In this document: piece after piece, positions 11,844-22,193 of the stretch | Layout: each line of letters opens with the position of its first letter | Numbering within the stretch: the stretch's first letter is position 1 | Source of the DNA: Pirellulales bacterium | Lineage (GTDB): Bacteria; Planctomycetota; Planctomycetia; Pirellulales; JAICIG01 | Direction of reading: 5' to 3' | DNA: 64,000 nt | Assembly: GCA_040901675.1 (NCBI GenBank) | Contig: JBBDYJ010000031.1 | Coordinates: 249,220-313,219, forward strand | Notes under the pieces: model-generated | Seen by the model: the letters and a program-made list of their open reading frames with translations, nothing else | What the model was told of the DNA's origin: nothing | The model's database searches: none | Position numbers and translations under genes: made by a program

Positions 11844-13178
11844 ATGGGCGTATCGATCCGGCTGCGCGACGTATCGAAGGTGTACCGCGTCTATGCGCGC
11901 CCGATCGATCGGCTCAAAGAGGCCTTTCTGCCGGGACGCAGACACCGCGAAATCCGGGTGCTGGACCAAATCAGCCTGGAAGTCGCCGCCGGGCAGACGG
12001 TGGGCATCGTGGGACGCAACGGGGCCGGCAAGAGCACGCTTTTGAAAATCGTGGCGGGCACGACGCGGCCCACTTCGGGCGCCGCGGAGGTGCGGGGCAG
12101 CGTGGCCGCACTCTTGGAGCTGGGCGGCGGGTTCAATCCCGAGGTTTCGGGCCGCGAGAACGTCTATCTGAACGCCAGCATCCACGGGCTGTCGAAGGCC
12201 GAAACGGACCAGCGCTACGAGGCGATTGTCGAGTACAGCGAGCTGGGGGATTTCGTCGACCAACCGGTGAAGACCTACAGCAGCGGCATGCTGATGCGGC
12301 TGGCGTTTGCCACGGCCATCCACGTCCAGCGCGATATCCTGATCGTCGACGAATCGCTGGCCGTAGGCGACGCGATGTTCCAGCGCAAGTGCATGACGAC
12401 GATCGAGGAAATCAAGGACTCGGGGGCCACGATCCTGTTCGTGTCGCACTCCCTGGAAACGGTCAAGGCCCTTTGCGACCGGGCCGTGCTGCTCGAGCAA
12501 GGACGGCTGGTGGCCGAGGGATTGCCGATCGACGTGCTGAACGAGTACGCTCGCTTGATCGCCGGCGTGGGTAAGAGGGGCGGTCCGCTGCGCCCGATCG
12601 GTCGGCCGGCTTCTCAGCAAGATCCGCCGCCCATGATGGCGCGGCGGACCGAGGCGGCGGCCTGCCGGCAGGCTCAAGCGTTGATGGTGCCGCTCGACTT
12701 GCTCGACGTCGGCAAGGAGGAGTACGGGTACGGGACGGGCGACGCCGAAATCACCGACGTCGAAACCCTCGATGCCTCCGGACGCGCCACGACCGTGTTC
12801 CAGAGCGGCGACGAGGCGTGGCTTCGCTATACGATCTGCTTTGCCCAGCATACCGCCCGGCCGCACTTTGGCATGACGATTACGCGGCTCGATGGAGTGC
12901 GAGTTTATGGCACCAACTCGCTGCACCAGCAAGTCGAGCTGGGCACTTGCTCTGGGGGCGAGCGGGTCCAAGTCGAGTTCCACTTCCGGATTCGCCTGGT
13001 TGCGGGCAACTATTACATCACGGTGGGCTGCGCCGACGTGCGCGAAGACAAGATCGTATTCCTGCACCGCCGCTGCGACTTGCTGCTGCTGAAGGTCCTG
13101 CCCAACGCGCATGCGACGGGCATTGCGGACCTCTCAGCCACGATCGGTACGCGCCGCTTGCACCAGGCAGCCGCCTGA
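11844..13178 (+). CDS. wzt: polysaccharide ABC transporter ATPase with C-terminal carbohydrate-binding (Wzt_C) domain
   Basis: GRNGAGKST, YSSGM.MRLAF, IVDE.LAVGD..FQ.KC and VSH motifs, plus a beta-rich C-terminal extension. Confidence 0.93.
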   Translation: MGVSIRLRDVSKVYRVYARPIDRLKEAFLPGRRHREIRVLDQISLEVAAGQTVGIVGRNGAGKSTLLKIVAGTTRPTSGAAEVRGSVAALLELGGGFNPEVSGRENVYLNASIHGLSKAETDQRYEAIVEYSELGDFVDQPVKTYSSGMLMRLAFATAIHVQRDILIVDESLAVGDAMFQRKCMTTIEEIKDSGATILFVSHSLETVKALCDRAVLLEQGRLVAEGLPIDVLNEYARLIAGVGKRGGPLRPIGRPASQQDPPPMMARRTEAAACRQAQALMVPLDLLDVGKEEYGYGTGDAEITDVETLDASGRATTVFQSGDEAWLRYTICFAQHTARPHFGMTITRLDGVRVYGTNSLHQQVELGTCSGGERVQVEFHFRIRLVAGNYYITVGCADVREDKIVFLHRRCDLLLLKVLPNAHATGIADLSATIGTRRLHQAAA

Positions 13179-13300
13179 GGGGCCGCCGCCTAAGAGGCCG
13201 CGGCCGTGTTGACGCGGAGGGGACAAAGCATCATACTGCCGCCCCCCCGTTCGGCCCGCGACCGGGGACTTCGACGGCTTATCAAGGAGGAAGAGCCGGC

Positions 13301-14794
13301 ATGCTGGAGCTAGTCGAGTGGGGGCGCAGCAATGGGCTCGCCGCCAAGCCCTGGTTGATTCTGGGCAAAGGCCCGTCGTTTTCGTACTACAAGCAGGTGG
13401 ACCTGTCGGGATACCACCTGCTGTCGCTGAACCACGCGGTGCGCCAGCTCCCGGTCACGGCGGCGCACATCATCGATATCGACGTGGTGGCCGACTGCGG
13501 CCGTGCGCTCGTGGAAAACTGCCGATGGCTGATCATGCCGCGGCGGCCGCACGTGCACTTCGACCCCGGTCCGAAGCGGCTGGAAGATTATTTTGACGAG
13601 CTGCCGGTATTGCGGGAGCTGGACGCCCAGAACCGGCTCGTCTGGTACAACCTTTCCAGCTCGAAGCCATACGGGGATTCTCCGGTCATCCGGGCCCGGT
13701 TTTTCAGCACCGAGGCCGCGCTGAACCTGCTGGGGACGGTGGGTGTGCGGCAGGTCCGCTCGCTGGGTGTCGACGGGGGCCGGGGCTACGGCGGCGAGTT
13801 CAAGGACCTGGAAGGCAAGACGATGCTGGCCAACGGCCATGACACGTTCAATTCTCAGTTCGATGAAATCGACGCGATCGTCAGGGCCCACGGCATCGAT
13901 TACGCCCCGCTGATGGAACCGCTGCGGGTGTTCGTCGGCACGGACGAGTCGCAGCGCGTGGCGACCCGGGTGCTGGAGCACTCCATCCGCAAGCACAGCA
14001 GCCGCCCGGTGAGCTTTCAGCCGATGTTCGACCTGAGCGTGCCCACGCCCAAGGAGAAGGCCAACCGTCCGCGGACCGGTTTTTCGTTTTACCGCTTTGC
14101 CATCCCCAAACTGTGCGGCTACCGCGGCCGGGCGTTGTACGTCGACGCCGACATGCAGGTCTTTTCGGACCTGGCCGAGCTGTGGGAAGTTCCCTTCGGC
14201 TCGCAGAAGGTGCTATGTACCAACCAACCGGCCGCCCCCGAGGCATGGAAGGAGAAGGGCTCCTTTTTTCACGCCGGAAGGCAGATGAGCGTGATGCTGC
14301 TCGATTGCAGCCGCCTGGATTGGTCCGTCGACGAGGTGGTGCGGGGCCTGGACGAGAAGCGCTATGACTACCGGCGACTGATGTTCGATCTGTGCCTGGT
14401 GGAGCCCGACGAGATCGCCGATCGCATCCCGCCTGAGTGGAACTGCCTGGAATGGTACGAAGCGGGCAAGACCAAACTGTTGCACTACACCGTCGTGCCT
14501 GCGCAGCCCTGGAAAAACGACGACAACCCGCTGTGCCCGATCTGGATGGCGGAATTCCGGGAAGCGCTGGCCGCCGGGGCGATTCCCCCTGAGGAAGTGC
14601 AGCACGGGCTTGCGTCCGGCTTCCTGAAGCCGTCGTTGGCCCGCGAACTCTCGGCCGCGGCGATACCCGCCGGGCCCGCGACGTCGCGTCTCGCCGGCCC
14701 CGTGCCCGCCCCGCACGGTGGCGGCTGGTCCAGCCGGCTGGGCCGTGCGGCCGGAAAGCCCTGGCGGTTGCTGAAGCGGTCGCTGGAGCGCTAA
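13301..14794 (+). CDS. two-domain protein: DUF115-like N-domain plus GT8-like glycosyltransferase
   Basis: N-terminal LILGKGPS...SLN...GVD. C-terminal FSFYRF.IP, YVDADM, SVML.DC, WN and LHYT....PW. AAGGAGG RBS. Confidence 0.75.
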   Translation: MLELVEWGRSNGLAAKPWLILGKGPSFSYYKQVDLSGYHLLSLNHAVRQLPVTAAHIIDIDVVADCGRALVENCRWLIMPRRPHVHFDPGPKRLEDYFDELPVLRELDAQNRLVWYNLSSSKPYGDSPVIRARFFSTEAALNLLGTVGVRQVRSLGVDGGRGYGGEFKDLEGKTMLANGHDTFNSQFDEIDAIVRAHGIDYAPLMEPLRVFVGTDESQRVATRVLEHSIRKHSSRPVSFQPMFDLSVPTPKEKANRPRTGFSFYRFAIPKLCGYRGRALYVDADMQVFSDLAELWEVPFGSQKVLCTNQPAAPEAWKEKGSFFHAGRQMSVMLLDCSRLDWSVDEVVRGLDEKRYDYRRLMFDLCLVEPDEIADRIPPEWNCLEWYEAGKTKLLHYTVVPAQPWKNDDNPLCPIWMAEFREALAAGAIPPEEVQHGLASGFLKPSLARELSAAAIPAGPATSRLAGPVPAPHGGGWSSRLGRAAGKPWRLLKRSLER

Positions 14795-14822
14795 GACGAC
14801 ACCCTGAGGCCCACGACGAACG

Positions 14823-16643
14823 ATGCCCATGCTGGCCAGCCTCTGGAAACGTGCCTTGAACTGCCGTCCGGGTCGGTGGATTCAGCGTTGCGCGGCCCGG
14901 TGGCGAGCCGCGGCGCCTGGCGACCACGCGGCGTCGAGGCCGGGCAAGCCTCGGCTGTTTAACCTGCCACCCGTGCCGAAGGGGCCCGCCGATCTGGCGC
15001 CTTGCGTGTTCCGTCCGCGCCGGGCCTTAAGCTCAGCCGAACGGCTGCTCTTGGCCCGCCGCGCGGGGGCGCTATCCCGACGACCCAAGTTCAGCCTGGT
15101 CGTCGCGGGTCAACCATCCAATCCCGGCTGGCGGAAAACGATCGAATCGGTTCGAAGCCAGGTGTACTCGAATTGGGAGCTCCTGCTAGGCGGCAGTCGG
15201 CAAGGCTGCCCGGCGGAATCGCTGGTCTGGCAGGCCCTGTCCGAGGCCCAGGTGCGGTTGCTCGGCACGGAGGGCGGGCCGGCTGAAGTCTTCAACCGGG
15301 CCCTGGCGTCGGCCTCGGGTGAGTGGCTGATCTTGCTGGACCCGGGCGATGAGCTGTCGGCCGACGCCTTGTTGTGCCTGGCTGAAGCGGCGACGGACCG
15401 CGTAACGTGCATTTACTCCGACGAGAGTTCGCTCGACGCCAGGGGGTGGGCAGCCGATGGCATCCGAAAGCCAGGCTGGTCGCCGGAGCTGCTGCTGTCG
15501 CAGCACTATACGGGCCGGCTCGCGGCCTACCGGTGTGCGGCCGTGCGCGCCGCGGGCGGATGGCGTGCCACGCTGGGGCGTGCCGCTGAGTACGACCTGG
15601 TGCTGCGGCTGGCCGAGGGAGAGGGCCGGATCGAGCACGTGCCACGGGTGTTGTACTACCGGGGGTATCGTGAGGTGCCCCAGCCGGCGCCGGCGGCCGA
15701 GGCAGTGACGGCAATCGCTGACGCGCTGGGGCGGCGGGGCATACGCGGGCGGGTGACGCCATCGCCCGCGGCGGGCACCTTCAGCCTGGTCCTCGAACCC
15801 GTGGGCGAGCCGCTGGTTTCGATCATCATTCCAACGCGCGATCACTCCGGTCTTTTGGAGCAGTGCGTCCGCAGCATCGTCGAGCGGACGCAGTACACGC
15901 GCTATGAGATCGTGGTGGTGGACAACGGCAGCGTGGAGCCGGAAACGCAACGCCTGTTCCAGCGCTGGTCGGGGAATCAGCGGATTCGAGTGCTCAGCGC
16001 GCCCGGCCGGTTCAACTATTCGCGGCTGAACAACCTGGCCGTGGACCGCTCGACGTCCGACCTGGTGCTGCTGTTGAACAACGATACGGAAGTCATCAAT
16101 CCTGAGTGGCTGGGGGTGATGGTCGGCTTTGTTCAGTTGCCGGGCGTGGGCGCGGTGGGTGCCAAGCTTTATTTCCAGAACGATACAATCCAGCACGCCG
16201 GACTGATTCTGCGGGGTGGCGGCACGGGCCCCAAGCCGGCCATGTCCAGCCATAAGTTCTTCCGCCGCCAGGCGGCCGGCTACCAGGGCGCGCTGCATGC
16301 CGTGCGCAACTGCAGCGCCGTCACGGCGGCTTGCCTGCTGGTGCATCGCGAGGTGTATCAGGCGGTGGGGGGCTTCGATGAGCAGTTGGCGGTTGCCTAC
16401 AACGACGTCGACTTTTGCCTGAAGCTGCGGCAGCGCGGCCTGCGCATCGTCTGGACACCGCTGGCGGAGCTGTATCACTACGAGTCGGCGTCGCGAGGCG
16501 CCGACCGGGCGGGCGACCCGCGGTGGGAGCAAGAAAAACTTCGGATGCACGGCAAGTGGGGCGGGATGCTGTGCGACGACCCCTATTACAACCCCAGCCT
16601 CTCGCTGGATTGCACCAACTTCCGACTGCGCGAGGCGGGGTGA
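14823..16643 (+). CDS. double-domain glycosyltransferase family 2
   Basis: Degenerate first GT2 domain (IYSDE...KP.WSPE) and intact second domain (VSIIIPTRD, VVDNGS, LLNNDTE, NDVD.C). Confidence 0.9.
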   Translation: MPMLASLWKRALNCRPGRWIQRCAARWRAAAPGDHAASRPGKPRLFNLPPVPKGPADLAPCVFRPRRALSSAERLLLARRAGALSRRPKFSLVVAGQPSNPGWRKTIESVRSQVYSNWELLLGGSRQGCPAESLVWQALSEAQVRLLGTEGGPAEVFNRALASASGEWLILLDPGDELSADALLCLAEAATDRVTCIYSDESSLDARGWAADGIRKPGWSPELLLSQHYTGRLAAYRCAAVRAAGGWRATLGRAAEYDLVLRLAEGEGRIEHVPRVLYYRGYREVPQPAPAAEAVTAIADALGRRGIRGRVTPSPAAGTFSLVLEPVGEPLVSIIIPTRDHSGLLEQCVRSIVERTQYTRYEIVVVDNGSVEPETQRLFQRWSGNQRIRVLSAPGRFNYSRLNNLAVDRSTSDLVLLLNNDTEVINPEWLGVMVGFVQLPGVGAVGAKLYFQNDTIQHAGLILRGGGTGPKPAMSSHKFFRRQAAGYQGALHAVRNCSAVTAACLLVHREVYQAVGGFDEQLAVAYNDVDFCLKLRQRGLRIVWTPLAELYHYESASRGADRAGDPRWEQEKLRMHGKWGGMLCDDPYYNPSLSLDCTNFRLREAG

Positions 16644-17737
16644 TGTGGCACAGGTTTTTCGGTCGGCGCGATCGCCCGCCGCCCGCCGCTCTCAAGGTGG
16701 CTTTCCTGGGCGACGGAGTGAGCGGCTCCTGGCAGATCCGGGGCAAGCAGATCGCCTCGGCGCGCAGCGGCTGGCGCAGCATTCCCTACACGCGGCTCAA
16801 GCCGGCCGACCTGGACAAGTACCACATTTTCTGCCTGGTAAAGCGATTCAAACCCGAGGTGGCCCACGAGATCCGCTTGCACGGCAAGTTGGTCGTCTAC
16901 GACACGGTCGACCCCTGGAAACAGCCCGACGACGGTCTGGTCCACACCACGCCGGAGGCGGTGCTGGCGTATTTCCGAAGCTTTTTCAAGGACATGCCCT
17001 GCGACGGCGTCATTTTCGCCAACGGTGCCATGATGGCCGACCTGGGACACCTGGCGCCGTATCCGACGGCGATCTATCACCACGCGCGGCCTGGGCTGCG
17101 GCCGGCCGTGGTGCGGCCCACCGCGCGCGTGTTGGGCTACGAGGGGGATGAGCGGTACCTGGGCGAGTGGAGCGAGGCCTGCCGGCGGGCCTGCCGGCGG
17201 CATGGGCTTCAGTTCGTGGTGAATCCCTCCTCCTTCTACGACCTGGATATCGGCCTGACGGCGCGAGGCGGCCCGCACGCATCGCTGATGGCCCGGCGCT
17301 ACAAATCCAACGTGAAGCTGGCGAACCTGCTGGCGGCCGGCATCCCCTGCCTGGCTCATTGGGAGGAGCAGTCGATCTGGGAAACGACCAACGGCCGTGT
17401 CTGCTTCTTCAGCAACGAAGCCCAGCTCGAGGCGGGAATCGAGTCGCTGCTGGACTTCGACACGCGGCGCGCGATCCACGAGTCGTTCGTGTTGCACAGC
17501 CGGCAGTTCACGCTTGACCAGATCGCCCGCTTGTATGAGGCCTATTTCGCCGCGCTAGCTGCGGCGGCCGGCGAACGCGGCAGCGCGGAAGGCCTCAAGG
17601 GGACGACGAGTTGGAGCCAGAACGGACGGGAGGCTGTTTTCGGCGCCGCGCGGATGCTTCCTGGGGCTGCCGGCTTCCATGATCCAGGTGGGCCGCATCG
17701 ATCCTTCGCGCCGGGCTCCCAGGCGATGCGGTCGTAA
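16643..17737 (+). CDS. putative glycosyltransferase (GT-B-like), uncharacterised
   Basis: TGATG-coupled to the upstream GT. VVYD.VD and YKSNVKL.N..A.GIP motifs. Confidence 0.6.
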   Translation: MWHRFFGRRDRPPPAALKVAFLGDGVSGSWQIRGKQIASARSGWRSIPYTRLKPADLDKYHIFCLVKRFKPEVAHEIRLHGKLVVYDTVDPWKQPDDGLVHTTPEAVLAYFRSFFKDMPCDGVIFANGAMMADLGHLAPYPTAIYHHARPGLRPAVVRPTARVLGYEGDERYLGEWSEACRRACRRHGLQFVVNPSSFYDLDIGLTARGGPHASLMARRYKSNVKLANLLAAGIPCLAHWEEQSIWETTNGRVCFFSNEAQLEAGIESLLDFDTRRAIHESFVLHSRQFTLDQIARLYEAYFAALAAAAGERGSAEGLKGTTSWSQNGREAVFGAARMLPGAAGFHDPGGPHRSFAPGSQAMRS

Positions 17738-18551
17738 AGCGCGCCGGCTGTGGCGGGCGGAGCCCCCATTTCCAGAGCCATCGCCCGTAGGAGCAGAGGT
17801 GCTGCCAGGCATCCTTGGAAAGAAGCCGCCGGCTGGCCCGCTGCTCGTGGTGGAAGCAGTGGGTGCTGCCGTTGAACATCACCTTCCAGCCCGCCTGGGC
17901 CATCCGGGCGCAGAAGTCGACGTCCTCGAAGTATTTCTGGAACCGGCGGTCGAAGCCGCCGACTTCCTGAATCGCAGCCCGGCGTACGAGCATGAAGCAG
18001 CCCGATACCCACTCGCAATCGAAGGTCTCGTTCAGCCCGCGCTCGCGGTAGAAATAGTCGTCGAGCCCACTGGGGAAGAGCTTGCCCAGCCCCGACCTCC
18101 GCAGCGCGATGATTCGCGGTGTTTGAAACCGCCGCGCCGGATACGCGTAGCTGCCGTCGGGGTGGTAGATGCGGCAGGTGCCGACCCCGCAGTGTGGATG
18201 GGATTCCATGAACCGCACCATGCTCGACAGGCACTGCGATTCGGGCTCGAAATACATGTCGGTATTCATCAACAGCACGTAGCGGGCCGTGCACGCCGAC
18301 AAGATGCGATTCAGATTAGCCGTGTACCCCAGCCGCTCGCGGTTGGCCAGCACAAGGGTCTCGGGAAAAATGCGCCGCCACGGCTGGGCGCCATCGGCCG
18401 AAGCGTTGTCGACCAGCACCAGCCGCATCGAGAGGCCGTCGCCTGACCGCGACATCGAGTTCAAAAGCGGCCCCATGTAATGCCGCTCGTGCGTGTAGAC
18501 CACGCCGATATCGAGGTCGTGCGGCGCGCTGACTTCCGTCGATGGATACAT
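17595..18551 (-). CDS. glycosyltransferase family 2
   Basis: LVDNASADG, LLMNTD, WVSGCFML.R and GGFD..F..YFEDVD motifs. Confidence 0.9.
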   Translation of the reverse strand: MYPSTEVSAPHDLDIGVVYTHERHYMGPLLNSMSRSGDGLSMRLVLVDNASADGAQPWRRIFPETLVLANRERLGYTANLNRILSACTARYVLLMNTDMYFEPESQCLSSMVRFMESHPHCGVGTCRIYHPDGSYAYPARRFQTPRIIALRRSGLGKLFPSGLDDYFYRERGLNETFDCEWVSGCFMLVRRAAIQEVGGFDRRFQKYFEDVDFCARMAQAGWKVMFNGSTHCFHHEQRASRRLLSKDAWQHLCSYGRWLWKWGLRPPQPARFTTASPGSPARRIDAAHLDHGSRQPQEASARRRKQPPVRSGSNSSSP

Positions 18552-18754
18552 CTCAGGCCGCCTTCCTTGGCAAACCTTGCCCTCCGTCCGGCGAGCGGCC
18601 CCATCATGATCGAACGCACGTCGGGTCGGCTCGGTTGGCTCGCCCGGCGGTTGCCCGGCCGCCGGCCGCGAAGATTACCATGCCCCTGCCCAGGCGGCCA
18701 AGCCGAGTTTCGGAATTGACCGATTTGGCGTTTCTCGTTTCAATACGCCCCCTT

Positions 18755-20530
18755 ATGAATCCCGTCACCGAACCGACGGCCGGAGCAATCGACCCGCGCG
18801 GCCGGCTCGCCGCCACTGCGCCTTTCGGCGGGCCTCCGGCGGCCGATTTTCCCTGCCATCTCGACGCGCCTCGACCGTTGCGTCCCATGCTGCCCCCCGC
18901 CGGGCGGCTGCTGGCGCTGCTGGTCGTCTTGTGCCTGGTCCCGCGCGCCTTGATGGCATACAAGCTCGACGTGCTCTGCCGCGACGGGGTCTTTTACATC
19001 CAGCTCGCCGAAGCATTCGCTGCGGGTGACCTCGAAGGCGGACTCGATGGGATGCGGCTCAATCTGTACCCCTTGATTCTGCTCGAATTGCACCGAGCCG
19101 GCCTCGATTGGGAACTCGGCGGGAAATGCTGGGGGGTGCTCGTTTCTTCCTTGGTGGTCTTGCCCCTTTTCGGCTGGTTGCGGCGGCAGTTCGACCAGTC
19201 CGTGGCCCTGGCCGCTTGTTTGCTCTACGCGGTCCACCCCAAGCTGATCGAATGGAGCCCCGAACTGATCCGCGACTCCACATTCTGGTTGTTCTGGACC
19301 CTCGCGTTGTACTGCTCCTGGCGAGCGACGACCGAAGTGCGGATCCGCTGGTACGTGGCCGCCGGGACTGCAATCACCCTGGCATTGCACACCCGTTTCG
19401 AAGGCTGGTTTCTGCTCTTTCCCCTCGTCTGGTGGTCCGCCATGCGCTGGAGGGTGCTCATCGAAGACCGCCGCCGCGTCCTGCCGGGGCTGTTGTTGGC
19501 CGCATTGACCTACCCCCTGTTCCTGCTGGCAGTGAACCTGACCTGGCTGGCTGAGTATCCTCGTTGGGAGCTAGGCAGTTTCGTGCGGCTCCAGTATGTG
19601 ATGCTCTGGTGCCGTTCCGCTGCCGGACTACCCCCGGCTTCGGTCGAACCGGCACCGCCCGCAACCGCAACGCCCGCCGCGGCGGCCGCGCCCACACCTT
19701 CCGGGCCGGCCATGCCCGCGCCGCCACCCCAGCCGGCGCCGCAGCGCATGTCGCCGGGCCGCACGCTAGTCGTCTTTGCCAATACCATGCGACGCAGCAT
19801 GGGCGCCGTTTTTGGCATCGTCTGGCTGATCGGCATGTGGGGTTGGCGTCCTATCTGGCTGCGCCGCGAACATAGGCCGCTGACTGCCATGGTGATCTGC
19901 ACTCTGGCCGGCATCTGGATCCACCTCTGGTACGCCCAAGCCACCAGCAGCCGCTATGCGCTGACGATTGTGCTGTTGGGTAGTCACTGCGCGGCGCTCG
20001 GCTGGCTGGGGGTTTGCCATTGGCTGGCGCGCCTTGCCCACAAGCTGGGAGAATCCTGGCCGCGGCCGCCCGGCCTCCAATCCGCCCACCTGCTCGCCGT
20101 CACGATGGTGCTGTTCGGCGCGATCGGTCTGGGTACGGCCCTGGCCGGCAGCTACGAAGGCCGCAGGCGCGAGGCGGAGCTGGGCAAGTGGCTGCTGGCG
20201 AATTTCGGTCCCGGTCAAAGGGTCGTGACCTCCAGCCAGATGTCGCTTTTGGAGCACTACGCCCAGAGCCCGGCGGACGCTTTGCCGCCGCATGCCGGCC
20301 GCGAGTGGTCCGGCCGGGCCTTGGTGGCGTGCCAGCCGGAAATCGCGGTCTTCTCACGCCGCGAGGTTCAAAGCGACGTTCTGGAACATTTGCTGGACGA
20401 GGCGGCGCGCATCGGAATGAAACAAGTCGACCGGCGGCGCCTGCCGGTCAGCTACGATTGGCAAGATTTGATTGTGCTCCAGCGCGACCGCACGGCGATT
20501 CACACCGCCGCCCGACCGCCGGCTGGCTGA
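18755..20530 (+). CDS. GT-C fold membrane glycosyltransferase (GT39/ArnT-like)
   Basis: DG.FY..LA, LYPL, HP......ELIRD and TR.EG motifs with many TMs. Start uncertain. Confidence 0.8.
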   Translation: MNPVTEPTAGAIDPRGRLAATAPFGGPPAADFPCHLDAPRPLRPMLPPAGRLLALLVVLCLVPRALMAYKLDVLCRDGVFYIQLAEAFAAGDLEGGLDGMRLNLYPLILLELHRAGLDWELGGKCWGVLVSSLVVLPLFGWLRRQFDQSVALAACLLYAVHPKLIEWSPELIRDSTFWLFWTLALYCSWRATTEVRIRWYVAAGTAITLALHTRFEGWFLLFPLVWWSAMRWRVLIEDRRRVLPGLLLAALTYPLFLLAVNLTWLAEYPRWELGSFVRLQYVMLWCRSAAGLPPASVEPAPPATATPAAAAAPTPSGPAMPAPPPQPAPQRMSPGRTLVVFANTMRRSMGAVFGIVWLIGMWGWRPIWLRREHRPLTAMVICTLAGIWIHLWYAQATSSRYALTIVLLGSHCAALGWLGVCHWLARLAHKLGESWPRPPGLQSAHLLAVTMVLFGAIGLGTALAGSYEGRRREAELGKWLLANFGPGQRVVTSSQMSLLEHYAQSPADALPPHAGREWSGRALVACQPEIAVFSRREVQSDVLEHLLDEAARIGMKQVDRRRLPVSYDWQDLIVLQRDRTAIHTAARPPAG

Positions 20531-20564
20531 AAGACTGCTCTCGCACGACCGGAAACGTCGGCCG

Positions 20565-22145
20565 ATGACATCTCTTGCCGCTGCCTTCGCTGTTTCGCTC
20601 TCGGCCAGCCTGCTGCTGACACCTTGGGCCCGCCGGCTCGCCTGGCGGATCCGCGCCTTCGACCATGGCGATGGACAACGCAAGCTCCATCCGGAGCCCG
20701 TGCCGCTCTTGGGCGGACTGGCTTTATACGTAGCGCTGCTGGCAGCCACGCTGGTGATTCCGGCGGCTGGCCTTGCCGCGGGCATCGAGTGGCCCCTGAC
20801 CATCGCCCTGCTCTGTTCGGCGGGTGCCATCTGCCTGGTCGGCTGCCTCGACGACTTCGCCGGTCTGCGCGTCCGCTGGAAGCTGCTGGGCCAGGTGATG
20901 GCCACGCTCCCGCTTGTGCTGGCGGGCTTTGCGGTCGAGCGGGTTGACGTGGGCGGACTCTCGCTCGATCTGGGCTGGCTGAGCGTGCCGCTGACCATCG
21001 GCTGGCTGGTGACTGGTGCCAATGCCCTCAACTTCCTGGACGGCATGGATGCTTTGGCCTCCGTCGTCGGGCTGGTGATTGCCGGCGCCGTGGCTGTCAT
21101 GGCCAGCGCGCTCGGCCATCCGGAAGCCGCCCTGCTGGCGCTCATCCTGGCCGGAGGGCTGGCCGGGTTCTTGTTCTACAACTGGCAGCCGGCCACGATC
21201 TATCTCGGAGACGCCGGCAGCATGCTGATCGGCCTCTGGCTGTCGTTGCTGGCGATCGAGGGCTCGCAAGTCCCCGGTGGCGGTACGCCCCTTCTCGCTC
21301 CCTTGGCTCTGATGAGCCTGCCGATTGCCGACATGGGACTGGCGATTGTCCGGCGGACGCTCGCCGGCAAGCGTTTCTGGATTGCTGACCGGGCCCACGT
21401 CCACCACCGCCTGCTCGACCGCGGCTTCGGAGTCGGGCTGACAATCGCCTTGCTCGCCGGCACCTGTCTCCTTGCCGGCGGTGCCGCCTATGCCGGCACG
21501 GTTGCCGGGTACGAGCTGGCATCCTGGTGCGGCATCGTGCTCTTATTCGCTTGCCTGATCCGGCTGCGGCTGTTTGGCGACCAGGAGCTGGCCCTGGCCA
21601 CGCAGGCCATTGCCATGGCTTCGTTGCGCATCGTGGCACGGCTGTCGGGCGGTCGCTTCGCGCGCGACCTCCCCTCGTCCGTGGAGTTGGATCGGCTGTC
21701 CCCTGAAGACGCTTGGGCAAGCTTCGTGACCGAACTAGGCCTGCACCGGGTCGAACGTCTGGAGATCACGCTCGGGTCCGGCCATGAAGTCGACTGGCGT
21801 GCCCGCTGGGGCCTCGAACCGTCCGCCTCAGCAGCCCGGCAGCGCCGAGGCCCAAGCGTTGCCTCCTCTCTCCCGCGCGCCATACGCTCTCCGCCGCCCA
21901 GGCACCACACCGCGCTCACGACACCCTGGACTCTCAAGGTGCGCTTCGATGCGCCGGGTGGCGGCTGGTGCGGACTGCGCGCACGGGTCCGCCAGGGGCC
22001 TGCCACCCATCCGCTCAATTGGCTTTCGCTGTTGGACCTGCTAGCCTTGTTCGGGCGGCACTGGGCCGCACATCCCGAGCGGGCGCCCCGCCGGCAGCCG
22101 CACCTGGAACTGCCCGGGCGGCAAGGCATGCGTGAGGCCGCCTGA
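20565..22145 (+). CDS. undecaprenyl-phosphate GlcNAc-1-P transferase (WecA/MraY family) with C-terminal extension
   Basis: RK.H..PVP.LGG, G.LDD, NALNFLDGMD.LA, YLGDAGS and DR.H.HH motifs. Confidence 0.9.
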   Translation: MTSLAAAFAVSLSASLLLTPWARRLAWRIRAFDHGDGQRKLHPEPVPLLGGLALYVALLAATLVIPAAGLAAGIEWPLTIALLCSAGAICLVGCLDDFAGLRVRWKLLGQVMATLPLVLAGFAVERVDVGGLSLDLGWLSVPLTIGWLVTGANALNFLDGMDALASVVGLVIAGAVAVMASALGHPEAALLALILAGGLAGFLFYNWQPATIYLGDAGSMLIGLWLSLLAIEGSQVPGGGTPLLAPLALMSLPIADMGLAIVRRTLAGKRFWIADRAHVHHRLLDRGFGVGLTIALLAGTCLLAGGAAYAGTVAGYELASWCGIVLLFACLIRLRLFGDQELALATQAIAMASLRIVARLSGGRFARDLPSSVELDRLSPEDAWASFVTELGLHRVERLEITLGSGHEVDWRARWGLEPSASAARQRRGPSVASSLPRAIRSPPPRHHTALTTPWTLKVRFDAPGGGWCGLRARVRQGPATHPLNWLSLLDLLALFGRHWAAHPERAPRRQPHLELPGRQGMREAA

Positions 22146-22193
22146 GCTCCAAAGTTCAAATCGGAAGTCCGAAAAATCCGAAAATTCAGAATC

